Source of the DNA: Candidatus Omnitrophota bacterium
GTDB taxonomy: Bacteria > Omnitrophota > Gorgyraeia > Zapsychrales > JBDRMG01
Length of the DNA stretch: 64,000 nucleotides
Assembly (NCBI GenBank): GCA_043812495.1
Contig: JBDRMG010000064.1
Location: forward strand, 2,799 to 66,798
Reading direction: 5' to 3'
Shown in pieces: positions 28,433-37,067 of the stretch (position 1 is the stretch's first letter; the number at the start of each line of letters is the position of its first letter). Both the position numbers and the translations under genes were made by a program. The notes beneath the pieces are model-generated. The model made no database searches, was not told the origin of the DNA, and was given only the letters and a program-made list of their open reading frames with translations.

Positions 28433-29757
28433 GGACAGACCCCGTGGGCAGAAGCCATGATTTCTCGATAGCCGACCTGACGGAAATACAAAGGGCATCC
28501 TCCATTACATATAGCCAGATAATTGCACTCTTGGCATAGGGCATGGGCAAAACGTTTTTCTTGGAAATAGGCGAACGCGGGGCTTTTCCAAATCTCTTTA
28601 AACCGTCCTTCCATCTCGAGAATGTTTCCCATCGGCTGCGGAAAGCTAGAACAAGGAAGAATATCACCGTTGGGCGCTATACTCAGAAGTCCGTCGCAAG
28701 CCGCGCAACCTTTGTTGCCAAGCCCATGAATAATCGGATTAAAAATACATAGGGGCGTCGGGGAATACCACATAAACTCAAGATTTTTTTCTTGTGCCGC
28801 ATGAGAAATTTCTAAAACAATATCACCAATTTCTGAATAGGAAACAAAAACATGATCCAGGCGGGACAAGGCCGAACCTTCGGGCATCAGCATATTCATG
28901 GAAAATTTATTAAAGCCAAGCTGAGCGATCAGATCAAGCAGGCCCAAAAGATCATTTTTATTCAGCCCGGAAATCGTGGTATTGGTATGCACCCTGATTC
29001 CCGCTTCTCGAAGATTCTTTAATCCCTCAAGCGTTAATTCAAAAGCACCTTTTGAGCCAACAATCTGATCATGCACAAGCGCTGTCCCTGCTTCCAGGCT
29101 GACTTGTGCCGAATCCAGCCCCGCCCCCTGAAAGTCCTTGGCTGTGTTTGCGTCAATCAGCGTCGCGTTGGTAATCAGGTTTGTCCATAGACCGAGTTCT
29201 TTGGCAAAACGGATCAACTCAGGCAGGTCTTGACGTAATGTTGGCTCCCCTCCGGTAAAGCTCACGGAAGGAATCTCGATTTCTTTTCGGATCATCGAAA
29301 GAATTTTCTTTAACGTATTCGTCGGTAATTCCGCGGCGGAATCTTTTTTGCTGCAGCCGCAGGACGCATAACAAAACTGGCATTCCAGATTGCATCGATA
29401 GGTAATGGCTATTTCGCTTAAGACGGGCAAGGTATTAAAGGGAAGATGAAAAGGTATTTTCTCAACGGCTAGCCGCGCATCCTGTTCATGAAAACACCCT
29501 TTGAGCATGGCACGAAGGTCGCAGAAAAAATGGTGAAGATCGCGAGCCACGCTTTCGCGGTCGGGATAACCGTCAACGATCGCGTAAATGCTCTGACCCT
29601 GAAGAAGATGTTTGAGGATTTTCACGGCTTGCTCGTTTAGCTTATGGGCCTCATTGGGAATTTTGATTAAAAGATGATCCTCTTCTCTCACATAAATGTA
29701 GGGTTTCACATTTTTGATGTATTCATCCACCCAATGTAATTGTCGATAATAATCCAT
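28429..29757 (-). CDS. Radical SAM/SPASM-domain enzyme with about 110-aa N-terminal RRE-like extension (peptide/protein maturase-like)
   Basis: ITYRCNLECQFC (CxxxCxxC) sits at about residue 122 rather than near the N-terminus. The C-terminal cysteine cluster CAACDGLLSIAPNGDILPCSS ... CQECNYLAICNGGCPLYF is SPASM-like. The N-terminal KILKHLLQGQSIYAIVDGYPDRESVARDLHHFFCDL resembles PqqD-like recognition elements. Confidence 0.75.
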   Translation of the reverse strand: MDYYRQLHWVDEYIKNVKPYIYVREEDHLLIKIPNEAHKLNEQAVKILKHLLQGQSIYAIVDGYPDRESVARDLHHFFCDLRAMLKGCFHEQDARLAVEKIPFHLPFNTLPVLSEIAITYRCNLECQFCYASCGCSKKDSAAELPTNTLKKILSMIRKEIEIPSVSFTGGEPTLRQDLPELIRFAKELGLWTNLITNATLIDANTAKDFQGAGLDSAQVSLEAGTALVHDQIVGSKGAFELTLEGLKNLREAGIRVHTNTTISGLNKNDLLGLLDLIAQLGFNKFSMNMLMPEGSALSRLDHVFVSYSEIGDIVLEISHAAQEKNLEFMWYSPTPLCIFNPIIHGLGNKGCAACDGLLSIAPNGDILPCSSFPQPMGNILEMEGRFKEIWKSPAFAYFQEKRFAHALCQECNYLAICNGGCPLYFRQVGYREIMASAHGVCP

Positions 29758-29759
29758 GG

Positions 29760-31406
29760 TTAATGACCGCTGCTAACGCAGGCGCCATGACAAGCCCCAT
29801 GGCAGGCTGAATGACACGCGGAATGACACGCCGAATGACAGGCTGAATGACAGGCATCATGGCACACATTTTGCATAAACGGACCTTCATAACATACCGA
29901 TGTGTTGCGAAACGTCGAGAAATTGTCCTTGAGGTTAGGGATGTTTCCTTCAACCGTTTTTCCGACATCCTGACTTTTCCTGTAATCATATCGATCGGCG
30001 TGGGTTCGCCCATAATAGTGATGATGGTATCCGCCCCAATAAAACGCGTCCTCATCGTTTTTCTTGTAAAGATCGCCCATCTGTTTTTTGTAATATTTCT
30101 TAGTTGCCTCGAGGTCGCAATCCCAAGTCTTCTGCTCAAGACCCGAAGCAATGGTTTTAAACAACAAATTGACTGGATTTTCTTGGATACGTCCGTCGGC
30201 TTCAATGGCACTATAAAGAATGCTCTCGTAAGAGTCATTGCTTCCCATAACGCCGGCAACGCGTTCAACGCGCAAAGGGTCCTCGCTTAGTATTTTAATA
30301 ATCCCCCGGCGTTCCATATTTTGAACAATCAATCCCATGAGAACCGAAAGAGGAATATCCAGAAGAAGGCCCGCTTCAATGGCGTTAAGAGTTTTGCAGA
30401 TTTTCCCTTTCTGCCGGAAGGATCCCACTTGAATCTTGGGAGGAACCCACTCATCCCCTTGCCACTGAATCTTGGAAATCCCGTCCTGGGCAATGAGCAT
30501 TGACTGATGCTTGCGCGTCATCACAAAAAGAGGGAAAAACCCCAAGAATAGTGCGCCAAAGAAAACAATGATAGCGATCGTGACATAATCAAACGGCATT
30601 TCGGCCAAAACACTGCCCGGAAAAAATCGGTTCAAAAGGTAGGATTCCTTCGCTTTTTTTAAATCGCTTTTTTGCCATGGCGCTTTTCCGGCAATGGTGG
30701 AAAGCAGAAAATAAGAAGCATCCGCATAGGTTTGGATCTGAAAATGATAGCGGCTATTAAGATTATTGCGATGGAATCTGACCGTCAGAATATTTTCTCC
30801 TTGAGCATTCTTCACGGAAGGATAATCAATCAGGTAGCGGTCATTGACATACTTTTCCGTCATGAATTTACTCTTTTCCAAATCTTCCTTGGAAACAGAT
30901 TCCGAAGAGAGGGAAATCGGATAATGAACCGTGACTGTTTCGTGCTCAAGGGAATTGTTCCATTGAACCGGCGCCCAGTTAAAAACCGCCAACCGCCCGT
31001 GAGGGCTGTCGGTCAGGGTCACCTGGCCGCTTTGCTGCAAATCCGTTTGATAGCGAAAGAAATAGGTCAGCTCACCGTCTTGAAAGGAGCGGCCTTGGGA
31101 GAGGATAATATCGTATTTCTTATTTGAGAGTTTCTTGATATCGAGAGCGTAGCGGTTACCGTTTTGGTCGAGGGCATAGGCATTCTGATCGTCAAAGCGC
31201 GGTCGCTCTACAAATCCTTCAAAATAAAAACCGTGAAGATTCGCATTCTGGCATACCCAGCGAACAGAATAGGAAATTTGCGCCTTGCCGTCTTTGTCCA
31301 AAACAACATCCGTTTCGACCCAGCGCAGTTTAAATCCATCGGCCCAAGCATGCGAAGGGAATACAAGGCAAAAAAACAATGCGAAGAAAACAAATATTCT
31401 TTTCAT
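29760..31406 (-). CDS. DUF2207-like membrane protein with C-terminal Cys/His repeat tail (ACHS)n
   Basis: Architecture, in order: signal peptide (MKRIFVFFALFFCLVFPSHAWA), an ectodomain of about 270 aa, a TM helix (VTIAIIVFFGALFLGFFPLFVMT), a cytoplasmic domain, and the tail NVCHDACHSACHSACHSACHSACHGACHGACVSSGH. Stop is 3 nt before the radical SAM start. Confidence 0.6.
   Translation of the reverse strand: MKRIFVFFALFFCLVFPSHAWADGFKLRWVETDVVLDKDGKAQISYSVRWVCQNANLHGFYFEGFVERPRFDDQNAYALDQNGNRYALDIKKLSNKKYDIILSQGRSFQDGELTYFFRYQTDLQQSGQVTLTDSPHGRLAVFNWAPVQWNNSLEHETVTVHYPISLSSESVSKEDLEKSKFMTEKYVNDRYLIDYPSVKNAQGENILTVRFHRNNLNSRYHFQIQTYADASYFLLSTIAGKAPWQKSDLKKAKESYLLNRFFPGSVLAEMPFDYVTIAIIVFFGALFLGFFPLFVMTRKHQSMLIAQDGISKIQWQGDEWVPPKIQVGSFRQKGKICKTLNAIEAGLLLDIPLSVLMGLIVQNMERRGIIKILSEDPLRVERVAGVMGSNDSYESILYSAIEADGRIQENPVNLLFKTIASGLEQKTWDCDLEATKKYYKKQMGDLYKKNDEDAFYWGGYHHHYYGRTHADRYDYRKSQDVGKTVEGNIPNLKDNFSTFRNTSVCYEGPFMQNVCHDACHSACHSACHSACHSACHGACHGACVSSGH
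29775..29860. repeat. In-frame 12-nt tandem repeat (GAATGACA[CG]G[CG]N), about 6 units, encoding the ACHS tail
   Basis: Seen directly: gccatgacaagcc ccatggcaggct gaatgacacgcg gaatgacacgcc gaatgacaggct gaatgacaggca. Confidence 0.8.
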
Positions 31407-31444
31407 CGCGCATATTGACTCTTGAGAAAAGATCGCACTCAACA

Positions 31445-31475
31445 AACAAGGACAACCCGCGGAAAGTGGATTGTC
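31445..31475 (-). terminator. Hairpin (AAGGACAA ... TTGTCCTT) followed by a U-rich tract on the minus-strand RNA; possible terminator or attenuator between the U32 operon and the DUF2207 operon
   Basis: Minus-strand sequence aaggacaatccactttccgcgggttgtccttgtttgtt, about 35 nt upstream of the DUF2207 ATG. Confidence 0.35.
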
Positions 31476-31752
31476 CTTATTTTTATTCGACATGGTCGTT
31501 CGCACAAGGTTATTTTACAACCGCAAAAAATGTAAAACAAGAAATATTGGTTTAATTTAGTCGATCGATGAGTCCTAAAAAAAGACCCACGGGGGAGGCA
31601 TGGGGACTTTCTTGATGATCTGTAAAGCGGTGTCAAGAACGCGAAACGGAAGATTCAAAAGAGCGCAACCGCTTTGCGTAAAGCATAACAGGAGAATCAG
31701 AATGATCCAGAGATGTTTCTTCAAAATCTTTTTTGAGATTCTTCGATGCACT

Positions 31753-32100
31753 CTATTGATTCCATTTTTTTCTGGCCACAAGGTAACCGGCTCCTAAGAT
31801 GGAGCCGATCCAGGGGATAATGCCCATATAGCTTGCAATAATTCCCAGAATATAGCCTATTCTCTTTGATCGATACGCGTAGATCGTGCTCACGAGATAG
31901 AGAATCCCAACGATAAAAAAATAGGCGGTCATCTTAAAGCTGAGCTTCGCGATGAGGCTGTTCGGAAATGCTTGGCTCATAACGCCAATGAGATAAGGGA
32001 ATATAACGATGTACAATAGGGAAAGGGTTGCGTATGTTGCTTTCACCGAGGAGATAAGGAATTTCTTCATCGTGATGATATCCCTTGCTTCTTTTTCCAA
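31753..32100 (-). CDS. Small membrane protein (3-4 TM)
   Basis: 115 aa, overlaps the U32 peptidase gene end by 34 nt. Confidence 0.5.
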   Translation of the reverse strand: MEKEARDIITMKKFLISSVKATYATLSLLYIVIFPYLIGVMSQAFPNSLIAKLSFKMTAYFFIVGILYLVSTIYAYRSKRIGYILGIIASYMGIIPWIGSILGAGYLVARKKWNQ

Positions 32101-33299
32101 AGAAATACTTTATCTTTGGGCCGAACGACAAAAGGAAGTTTGACGCCTACCGGTGAGCCTTTGAGCGCTTCCTCAATGCTTCGGTGATTGTCTTGCAATT
32201 CATCGGCGGTCGTCTGATAAGCCGGCGTATTCTTGCCGATAAACAAAATCTGATCTCCTCTTTTGAGAGAGGCATTTCTTATCATTATATCCGCAACAAA
32301 GATCTTTTTATAGAACTTTCTCACTTCTCCTAAGAAGACTTTCTCGTGCGTATGTTCCAAATTTCTGGCCAAAACTTTTTTGGGTTCGCCAAAATAAAAT
32401 CCGTTTGAAAAACCGCGGTTGTAAACGGACCTGAGTTCCTCTTTGAGCTTCTTTTTAAGCTGAGAGGTGAATTGTCCTTGATTAAAAGCATCCAGCGCCT
32501 GGCGATAAACAGATGTCGTCACACCGACATATTCCGGGGAACGCATTCGGCCTTCTATTTTGAAAGCATCGATGCCGGAGTCGATCAGTTCATCAAGAAA
32601 ATCAATCGTACACAAATCTTTTGGACTTAAGAGATAATCTTGGCCAAGAATGTATTCGGATTCACGGTCCATATCCTTGATTGTGAATTCTCTTCGGCAC
32701 GGCTGCAGACAATCGCCTTTGTTGGCGGACCGTCCGAAAGCATCTTGCGACAAAAAACACCGGCCGGAAATACTTACGCACATGGCGCCGTGAATAAAAG
32801 CCTCAATCTGACAGTGAATTTTCTCTTTCTTCAATTCCCGAACTATTTGTTGAATGTCGGCAAGTGTGCATTCTCGAGCGAGAACAATTCTTTTGACACC
32901 CAAGTGAGCATAAAACCGAACAGATTCGGTATTGGATACGCTTTCCTGCGTCGAAAGATGAATACGAAGCTTCAGTTTTTTGGCTAGAGAAAATACCGCT
33001 TTGTCCCACAAAATCACAGCATCGACTTTTGCCCGCTTGGCCTCCTGAAGAGCTTTTTCAACTTTTCCTAATTCTTGATTCATCACAATCACATTCAAGG
33101 CCAAATACCCTTTTCGTTTTTGTACGCGCAAGAAAGCCATCACTTTCTTGATTTCGTAAAGATCAAAATTCGCGGCCTGATGGCGCATATTTAAACCCTT
33201 AATGCCGAAATAAACGCTGTCGGCGCCATTCTCGACGGCTGCGCGCAAAGAAGGCCAATCGCCTGCCGGGGATACTAATTCTGGTTTTATCTTTCTCAT
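32067..33299 (-). CDS. Peptidase U32 family protein (PrtC/collagenase-like; the family also includes O2-independent hydroxylases)
   Basis: MRKIKPELVSPAGDWPSLRAAVENGADSVYFG is the characteristic U32 start, and the conserved E-x-F-x-H-G-A-x-C region is present. Confidence 0.8.
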   Translation of the reverse strand: MRKIKPELVSPAGDWPSLRAAVENGADSVYFGIKGLNMRHQAANFDLYEIKKVMAFLRVQKRKGYLALNVIVMNQELGKVEKALQEAKRAKVDAVILWDKAVFSLAKKLKLRIHLSTQESVSNTESVRFYAHLGVKRIVLARECTLADIQQIVRELKKEKIHCQIEAFIHGAMCVSISGRCFLSQDAFGRSANKGDCLQPCRREFTIKDMDRESEYILGQDYLLSPKDLCTIDFLDELIDSGIDAFKIEGRMRSPEYVGVTTSVYRQALDAFNQGQFTSQLKKKLKEELRSVYNRGFSNGFYFGEPKKVLARNLEHTHEKVFLGEVRKFYKKIFVADIMIRNASLKRGDQILFIGKNTPAYQTTADELQDNHRSIEEALKGSPVGVKLPFVVRPKDKVFLWKKKQGISSR

Positions 33300-33330
33300 T
33301 TGATCGTATATCCAAAGTTTCCGCTTTTAT

Positions 33331-33420
33331 TCTCCTTCGCCTTACCATTACAACATAATGGTACAGGCTTCGGAGAATTATTCTGAAGAGAATATTCTAC
33401 GAAGCATATACCGTTATTTA
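33331..33420. mobile_element. MITE-like repeat, family A copy 2 (reverse orientation relative to copy 1)
   Basis: Its reverse complement matches 10898-10990 over about 85 nt with few mismatches. Immediately upstream of the U32 gene. Confidence 0.6.
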
Positions 33421-33559
33421 CATTGCTTATGCGAAGTAGAATAAAATCTTTGAGCAATTCCCTGGCCGTCTCAAATTGCTCTTCATCCACCTTGATTCTG
33501 GCCGGCGCAACCAGGGGCCTCACCTGCAGGAAATTCTCTCCTTCGATAAAATAGCGAAT

Positions 33560-33830
33560 ATCATTCGCTTCAAAAAGCGATTTATTGGCCTTTTCCTTAA
33601 AAAAGACTTAGCGGTAGGCCAATTTTGACCTTTTTATTTAAGAAAAAAGGCCAAATATTGACTTCCACTAATGCTTTTATTGAGAAGAGGTCAATAATGA
33701 AGGCGATATCTCCGGGATTATTGGCTTTTTCTTTATTAAAGAAACGGTGGAAGCCAATATTAGGTCTTTTTCCTCATATAGAGAGAATATTAATGACTGT
33801 TCCATTAATAAGGAAAAGACCAATAAACGT
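33560..33830. repeat. Repeat-dense non-coding island: several degenerate copies and orientations of the family B motif, including the full hairpin copy at 33748-33830
   Basis: The motifs are ttattggccttttcctta, aaaaaaggccaaatattgacttcc, ggaagccaatattaggtctttttcctc and aaggaaaagaccaataaacg. No convincing ORF across 33300-33948. Confidence 0.55.
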
Positions 33831-33948
33831 TGCGAGAATTTCCTTAAAAATCTTTTGAGCCATGGGCATGACAAAAGGCAACCGCTTTTTCGCGTGTTGC
33901 CTTTCCTTACCTTTTCTTCATCTAATTTCTCAGCCGCCTGATCCAAGC

Positions 33949-35286
33949 TCAAATATCCTTGAGGGCAAGATTCGAGGGAGACTTTTCGATCGTTTCGTTA
34001 AAGGATTTGAGGCTAGCCATGAGCTTATCCACTTCTTTAGACTCAGCGATAGGAATCGTGTCAATTCCCTTCCAGTCTAATATATTAAGGACGCTTTGAA
34101 TGGTTAAAGGGCCGATATCTCTGGCCGGTTGATACCCGATGATCTTATTGTTATCTAATTTGACTTCCGATAGAATTCCGGCTTCGGTTAATTCAAAAAG
34201 GATTTGACGCACCAGGCGGATCGGAATTTCCAACACATGAGAAATCTCCTGGGCGGTCCAAGGTTTTTGGGCCTGGGAAAAATTCTTAATACATAAGTGG
34301 GCGATTTGCAAGGACAATAGCCTCTTAAAAGAATGGCTGACCTTCAGGCAATCCGGCTCAAATTCATAGGTTTCGACATTCTGGTCTGCAAAGGAAATCT
34401 CCGCGCCCAAAAGAACGATAATCCAGCTGATCTGCAACCACATTAAAAAAAGCGGCAAGGCTGCGAAACTTCCGTAAATCGCACCGTATTTCGCTACGCC
34501 GACTTGGAAATATATATAAACCCATTGGACAATCTGGTAGATTGTGCCGCCGATGATGCCGCCGATCAAGCCCGATTTGAAATTAACTTTCGTATTCGGC
34601 ATAAAAATATAAATGAATGAAAAAAGCACCCAAAGCACGGCGTACGGTAGAAGTTTTAAGAAAATCATGATAACCGGACTGAAAGCCCCCAAGAACTCGA
34701 TTTTCCGCATCACCAGCGTGACTTGACTTGCGATCATAACCGTTACACTGCTTGACATAATCAACAAAATAGGGCAAATCAGCATGATGGACAGATAATC
34801 GCTGAATTTACGGCCGATGCTTCTGCCTTTCTTGATCCCCCAAATGTCGTTAAAGGAACTCTCAATATTTCCCAGCACCTTGATCACGGTCCAGAATAAA
34901 ACAGCTACGCCGATGCCGGCGATCAAACCGCCTTTTGTATTTTCCAGAAAACTATTCGCAAAGCCGATAATGTAAGTAACAACTTCTTCCTGGCCGGGCA
35001 GTCTTGTGACGAGCTGATTTTCAAGCATATTCTCAAAACCAAAACCCTTAGCTATACCAAAAGCCATCGCGACTAAAGGAACGATCGACAAAAGTGAATA
35101 AAATGTCAAAGCGGATGCGCGCAATTGGCATTTATCTTCGTCGAATCCCCGTATAGCCACAAGAACAACTCTTAATTGCCGGATCAAAAATGATCTCGGC
35201 CGGGAAAGCTTGCTGGTTCGAATCCGCCAGATATCCGTTGTTAAGAAATCAATAATGGCCGGAATGATTTTCTTTTTTTCTGCCAT
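33949..35286 (-). CDS. YihY/BrkB-family inner membrane protein with C-terminal winged-helix-like domain
   Basis: FLIRQLRVVLVAIRGFDEDKCQLRASALTFYSLLSIVPLVAMAFGIAKGFGFE is the YihY signature. Six TM helices. Confidence 0.8.
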   Translation of the reverse strand: MAEKKKIIPAIIDFLTTDIWRIRTSKLSRPRSFLIRQLRVVLVAIRGFDEDKCQLRASALTFYSLLSIVPLVAMAFGIAKGFGFENMLENQLVTRLPGQEEVVTYIIGFANSFLENTKGGLIAGIGVAVLFWTVIKVLGNIESSFNDIWGIKKGRSIGRKFSDYLSIMLICPILLIMSSSVTVMIASQVTLVMRKIEFLGAFSPVIMIFLKLLPYAVLWVLFSFIYIFMPNTKVNFKSGLIGGIIGGTIYQIVQWVYIYFQVGVAKYGAIYGSFAALPLFLMWLQISWIIVLLGAEISFADQNVETYEFEPDCLKVSHSFKRLLSLQIAHLCIKNFSQAQKPWTAQEISHVLEIPIRLVRQILFELTEAGILSEVKLDNNKIIGYQPARDIGPLTIQSVLNILDWKGIDTIPIAESKEVDKLMASLKSFNETIEKSPSNLALKDI

Positions 35287-35422
35287 GGAATTTTTCCTTT
35301 CTTCTCAATGAGGCCTCGCACCTTTTATCTATTTAAACAAATTAAAGTTGTCGATCTTAAGATATTTAAATGAGAAAAAGGTGCAGGGTATTCAGTAAAT
35401 ATTATCATAATATCTCAACTTT

Positions 35423-36181
35423 TTACTCTCCCAAATGCCGCACAAAGGTATATTGCCGCGGAACGACCACATCCGCTTTCTTGGGAGGGGATTCTTGCGA
35501 TAATCGATAGTTCACATCCATTAGTTCGATATAGTCAGCCGTATAATCTTTAAGGATGCCGACAAATTCATATTTTTTTCCGTTTTTATTGACTTCGAGT
35601 ACCACCTTGGCGCCAATATGGCGCTCTAAAAGCGGCTCATAGGACGTTCCTACAAAGCCGATCATTTCCTGCTTAACCTGTGAAACGTATTTATCCTGAG
35701 AGGTCATGAGAGCGCCGGCCGGTGTTCTTTTCTTGGCTAAATCAATCACCATATTGACCACGTCCATCATTGAATCGCGGACAGTCTTAAAGAGATTCAG
35801 CATTTTTCTTTTTGCGCGTCGATAAAAATTCGGATGATAGGTTTTCTTTAACTCGTTGTCCCTCTTTAGTCGCCTCTTTTCATCCAAATCTTCATGATAA
35901 CGGATAATCGCCTGAATCGTTGGGTATTCACCTTTATAAAGGATATAACTTGTTTCGTCGTGTCCGTCTTGATCTTTGTGCGCCTTTGGATAAATCATCT
36001 CCAGGCCGGTTGTTTCAACAATCAATTTTCCCCAAATGGTTTTTCCGGAGGTTTGCTCCAGCGTCACCCTGTCGCCTGAAAACTCAACCAGACATTTGTC
36101 TTTGCTGCGCCCCTTGATAAAAGCCGCAATAAAAGCCGAACAAATAATAAAAATAATGGTAATGGCAAATGTATCCTGCAT
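35423..36181 (-). CDS. Hypothetical protein with N-terminal TM anchor
   Basis: 252 aa, no motif I recognise. Confidence 0.4.
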   Translation of the reverse strand: MQDTFAITIIFIICSAFIAAFIKGRSKDKCLVEFSGDRVTLEQTSGKTIWGKLIVETTGLEMIYPKAHKDQDGHDETSYILYKGEYPTIQAIIRYHEDLDEKRRLKRDNELKKTYHPNFYRRAKRKMLNLFKTVRDSMMDVVNMVIDLAKKRTPAGALMTSQDKYVSQVKQEMIGFVGTSYEPLLERHIGAKVVLEVNKNGKKYEFVGILKDYTADYIELMDVNYRLSQESPPKKADVVVPRQYTFVRHLGE

Positions 36182-36192
36182 AGCAACCTTTT

Positions 36193-37044
36193 TTAGTCAA
36201 AAACAACGGTCTTATTGTTATAGCAAAGGATCTTTTTCTCTAAGTGCCAGCGCACGGCGTGCGATAAAACCAAACGCTCAAGATCCTCTCCTTTGCACAC
36301 CAAATCTTCAAGAGAATCCCGATGGCTGATCCGCACCGTGTCTTGTTCAATGATCGGGCCTTGATCCAATTGTTCGGTCACATAATGACTTGTCGCGCCA
36401 ATAATCTTTACGCCTTTTTGATAGGCCTGAGAGTAGGGATTTTTTCCCGCAAACGCAGGTAAAAAGGAATGGTGGATATTGATGATCTTATTTTTAAATT
36501 GGTCGACGAATTCAGCGCTCAGAATTTGATGATAGCGCGCCAAGACCACACAATCGATCTTCACTTCTTTTAAGAGTTCGATTTGCCTTTTCTCCTGTTG
36601 GGATTTATTGGCTTTGGTCATCGGAAATTCAAAAAAATGAAATCCAAATTCATGCGCCAATTCTTTGGCGTCCGGATGATTGCTAATCACCAAAGGGATC
36701 TCGCATCGCAGTTGTCCGGATTTTTTGCGATAGAGCAAATCATAGAGACAATGTAGCTGTTTAGAGACAAAAATCGCCACGCTCGGAATATCGTCCGTAA
36801 AGCTGAGGCCTGATGTCATCTTGAATTTTTCCGCAATGGGAGCGAAAGATTCAAGGATCTTTTCTTTCTCAAGCAGGAACCCTTCCAGCGACCATTCGAT
36901 GCGCATAAAGAAGGTGTTGCTTTGCTCGTCTATGTGCTGATCGGCATGCACAATATTTCCATTATGGCTATAAACAAAATCGGTGATGGTCGCCGTAATT
37001 CCTTTTTGATCGGGACAAGAAACAAGAAGAATAGCTTGAACCAT
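36193..37044 (-). CDS. purU: Formyltetrahydrofolate deformylase
   Basis: N-terminal ACT domain, then a formyltransferase core (INIHHSFLPAFAGKNPYSQAYQKGVKIIGATSHYVTEQLDQGPII). Confidence 0.85.
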   Translation of the reverse strand: MVQAILLVSCPDQKGITATITDFVYSHNGNIVHADQHIDEQSNTFFMRIEWSLEGFLLEKEKILESFAPIAEKFKMTSGLSFTDDIPSVAIFVSKQLHCLYDLLYRKKSGQLRCEIPLVISNHPDAKELAHEFGFHFFEFPMTKANKSQQEKRQIELLKEVKIDCVVLARYHQILSAEFVDQFKNKIINIHHSFLPAFAGKNPYSQAYQKGVKIIGATSHYVTEQLDQGPIIEQDTVRISHRDSLEDLVCKGEDLERLVLSHAVRWHLEKKILCYNNKTVVFD

Positions 37045-37067
37045 GACGCATGACCTCCAATCTGATG

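Noticed and set aside
29760-29860. Multi-heme cytochrome c interpretation of the CHSACH repeats
   Set aside because: Cysteines spaced every four residues with shared positions cannot each bind a heme. This is kept only as a remote possibility under the metal-binding/crosslink hypothesis.
29723-30268. 181-aa minus-strand ORF ending in MPVIQPVIRRVIPRVIQPAMGL
   Set aside because: It is an alternative frame through the 12-nt tandem repeat and the DUF2207-like gene, and is fully nested within the better-supported 581-aa ORF.
33625-33952. Short basic ORFs (77 aa, 91 aa, 64 aa) in the repeat island
   Set aside because: They are low-complexity and Lys/Arg-rich, overlap one another in different frames, and lie across repeat copies. 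They are probably spurious.
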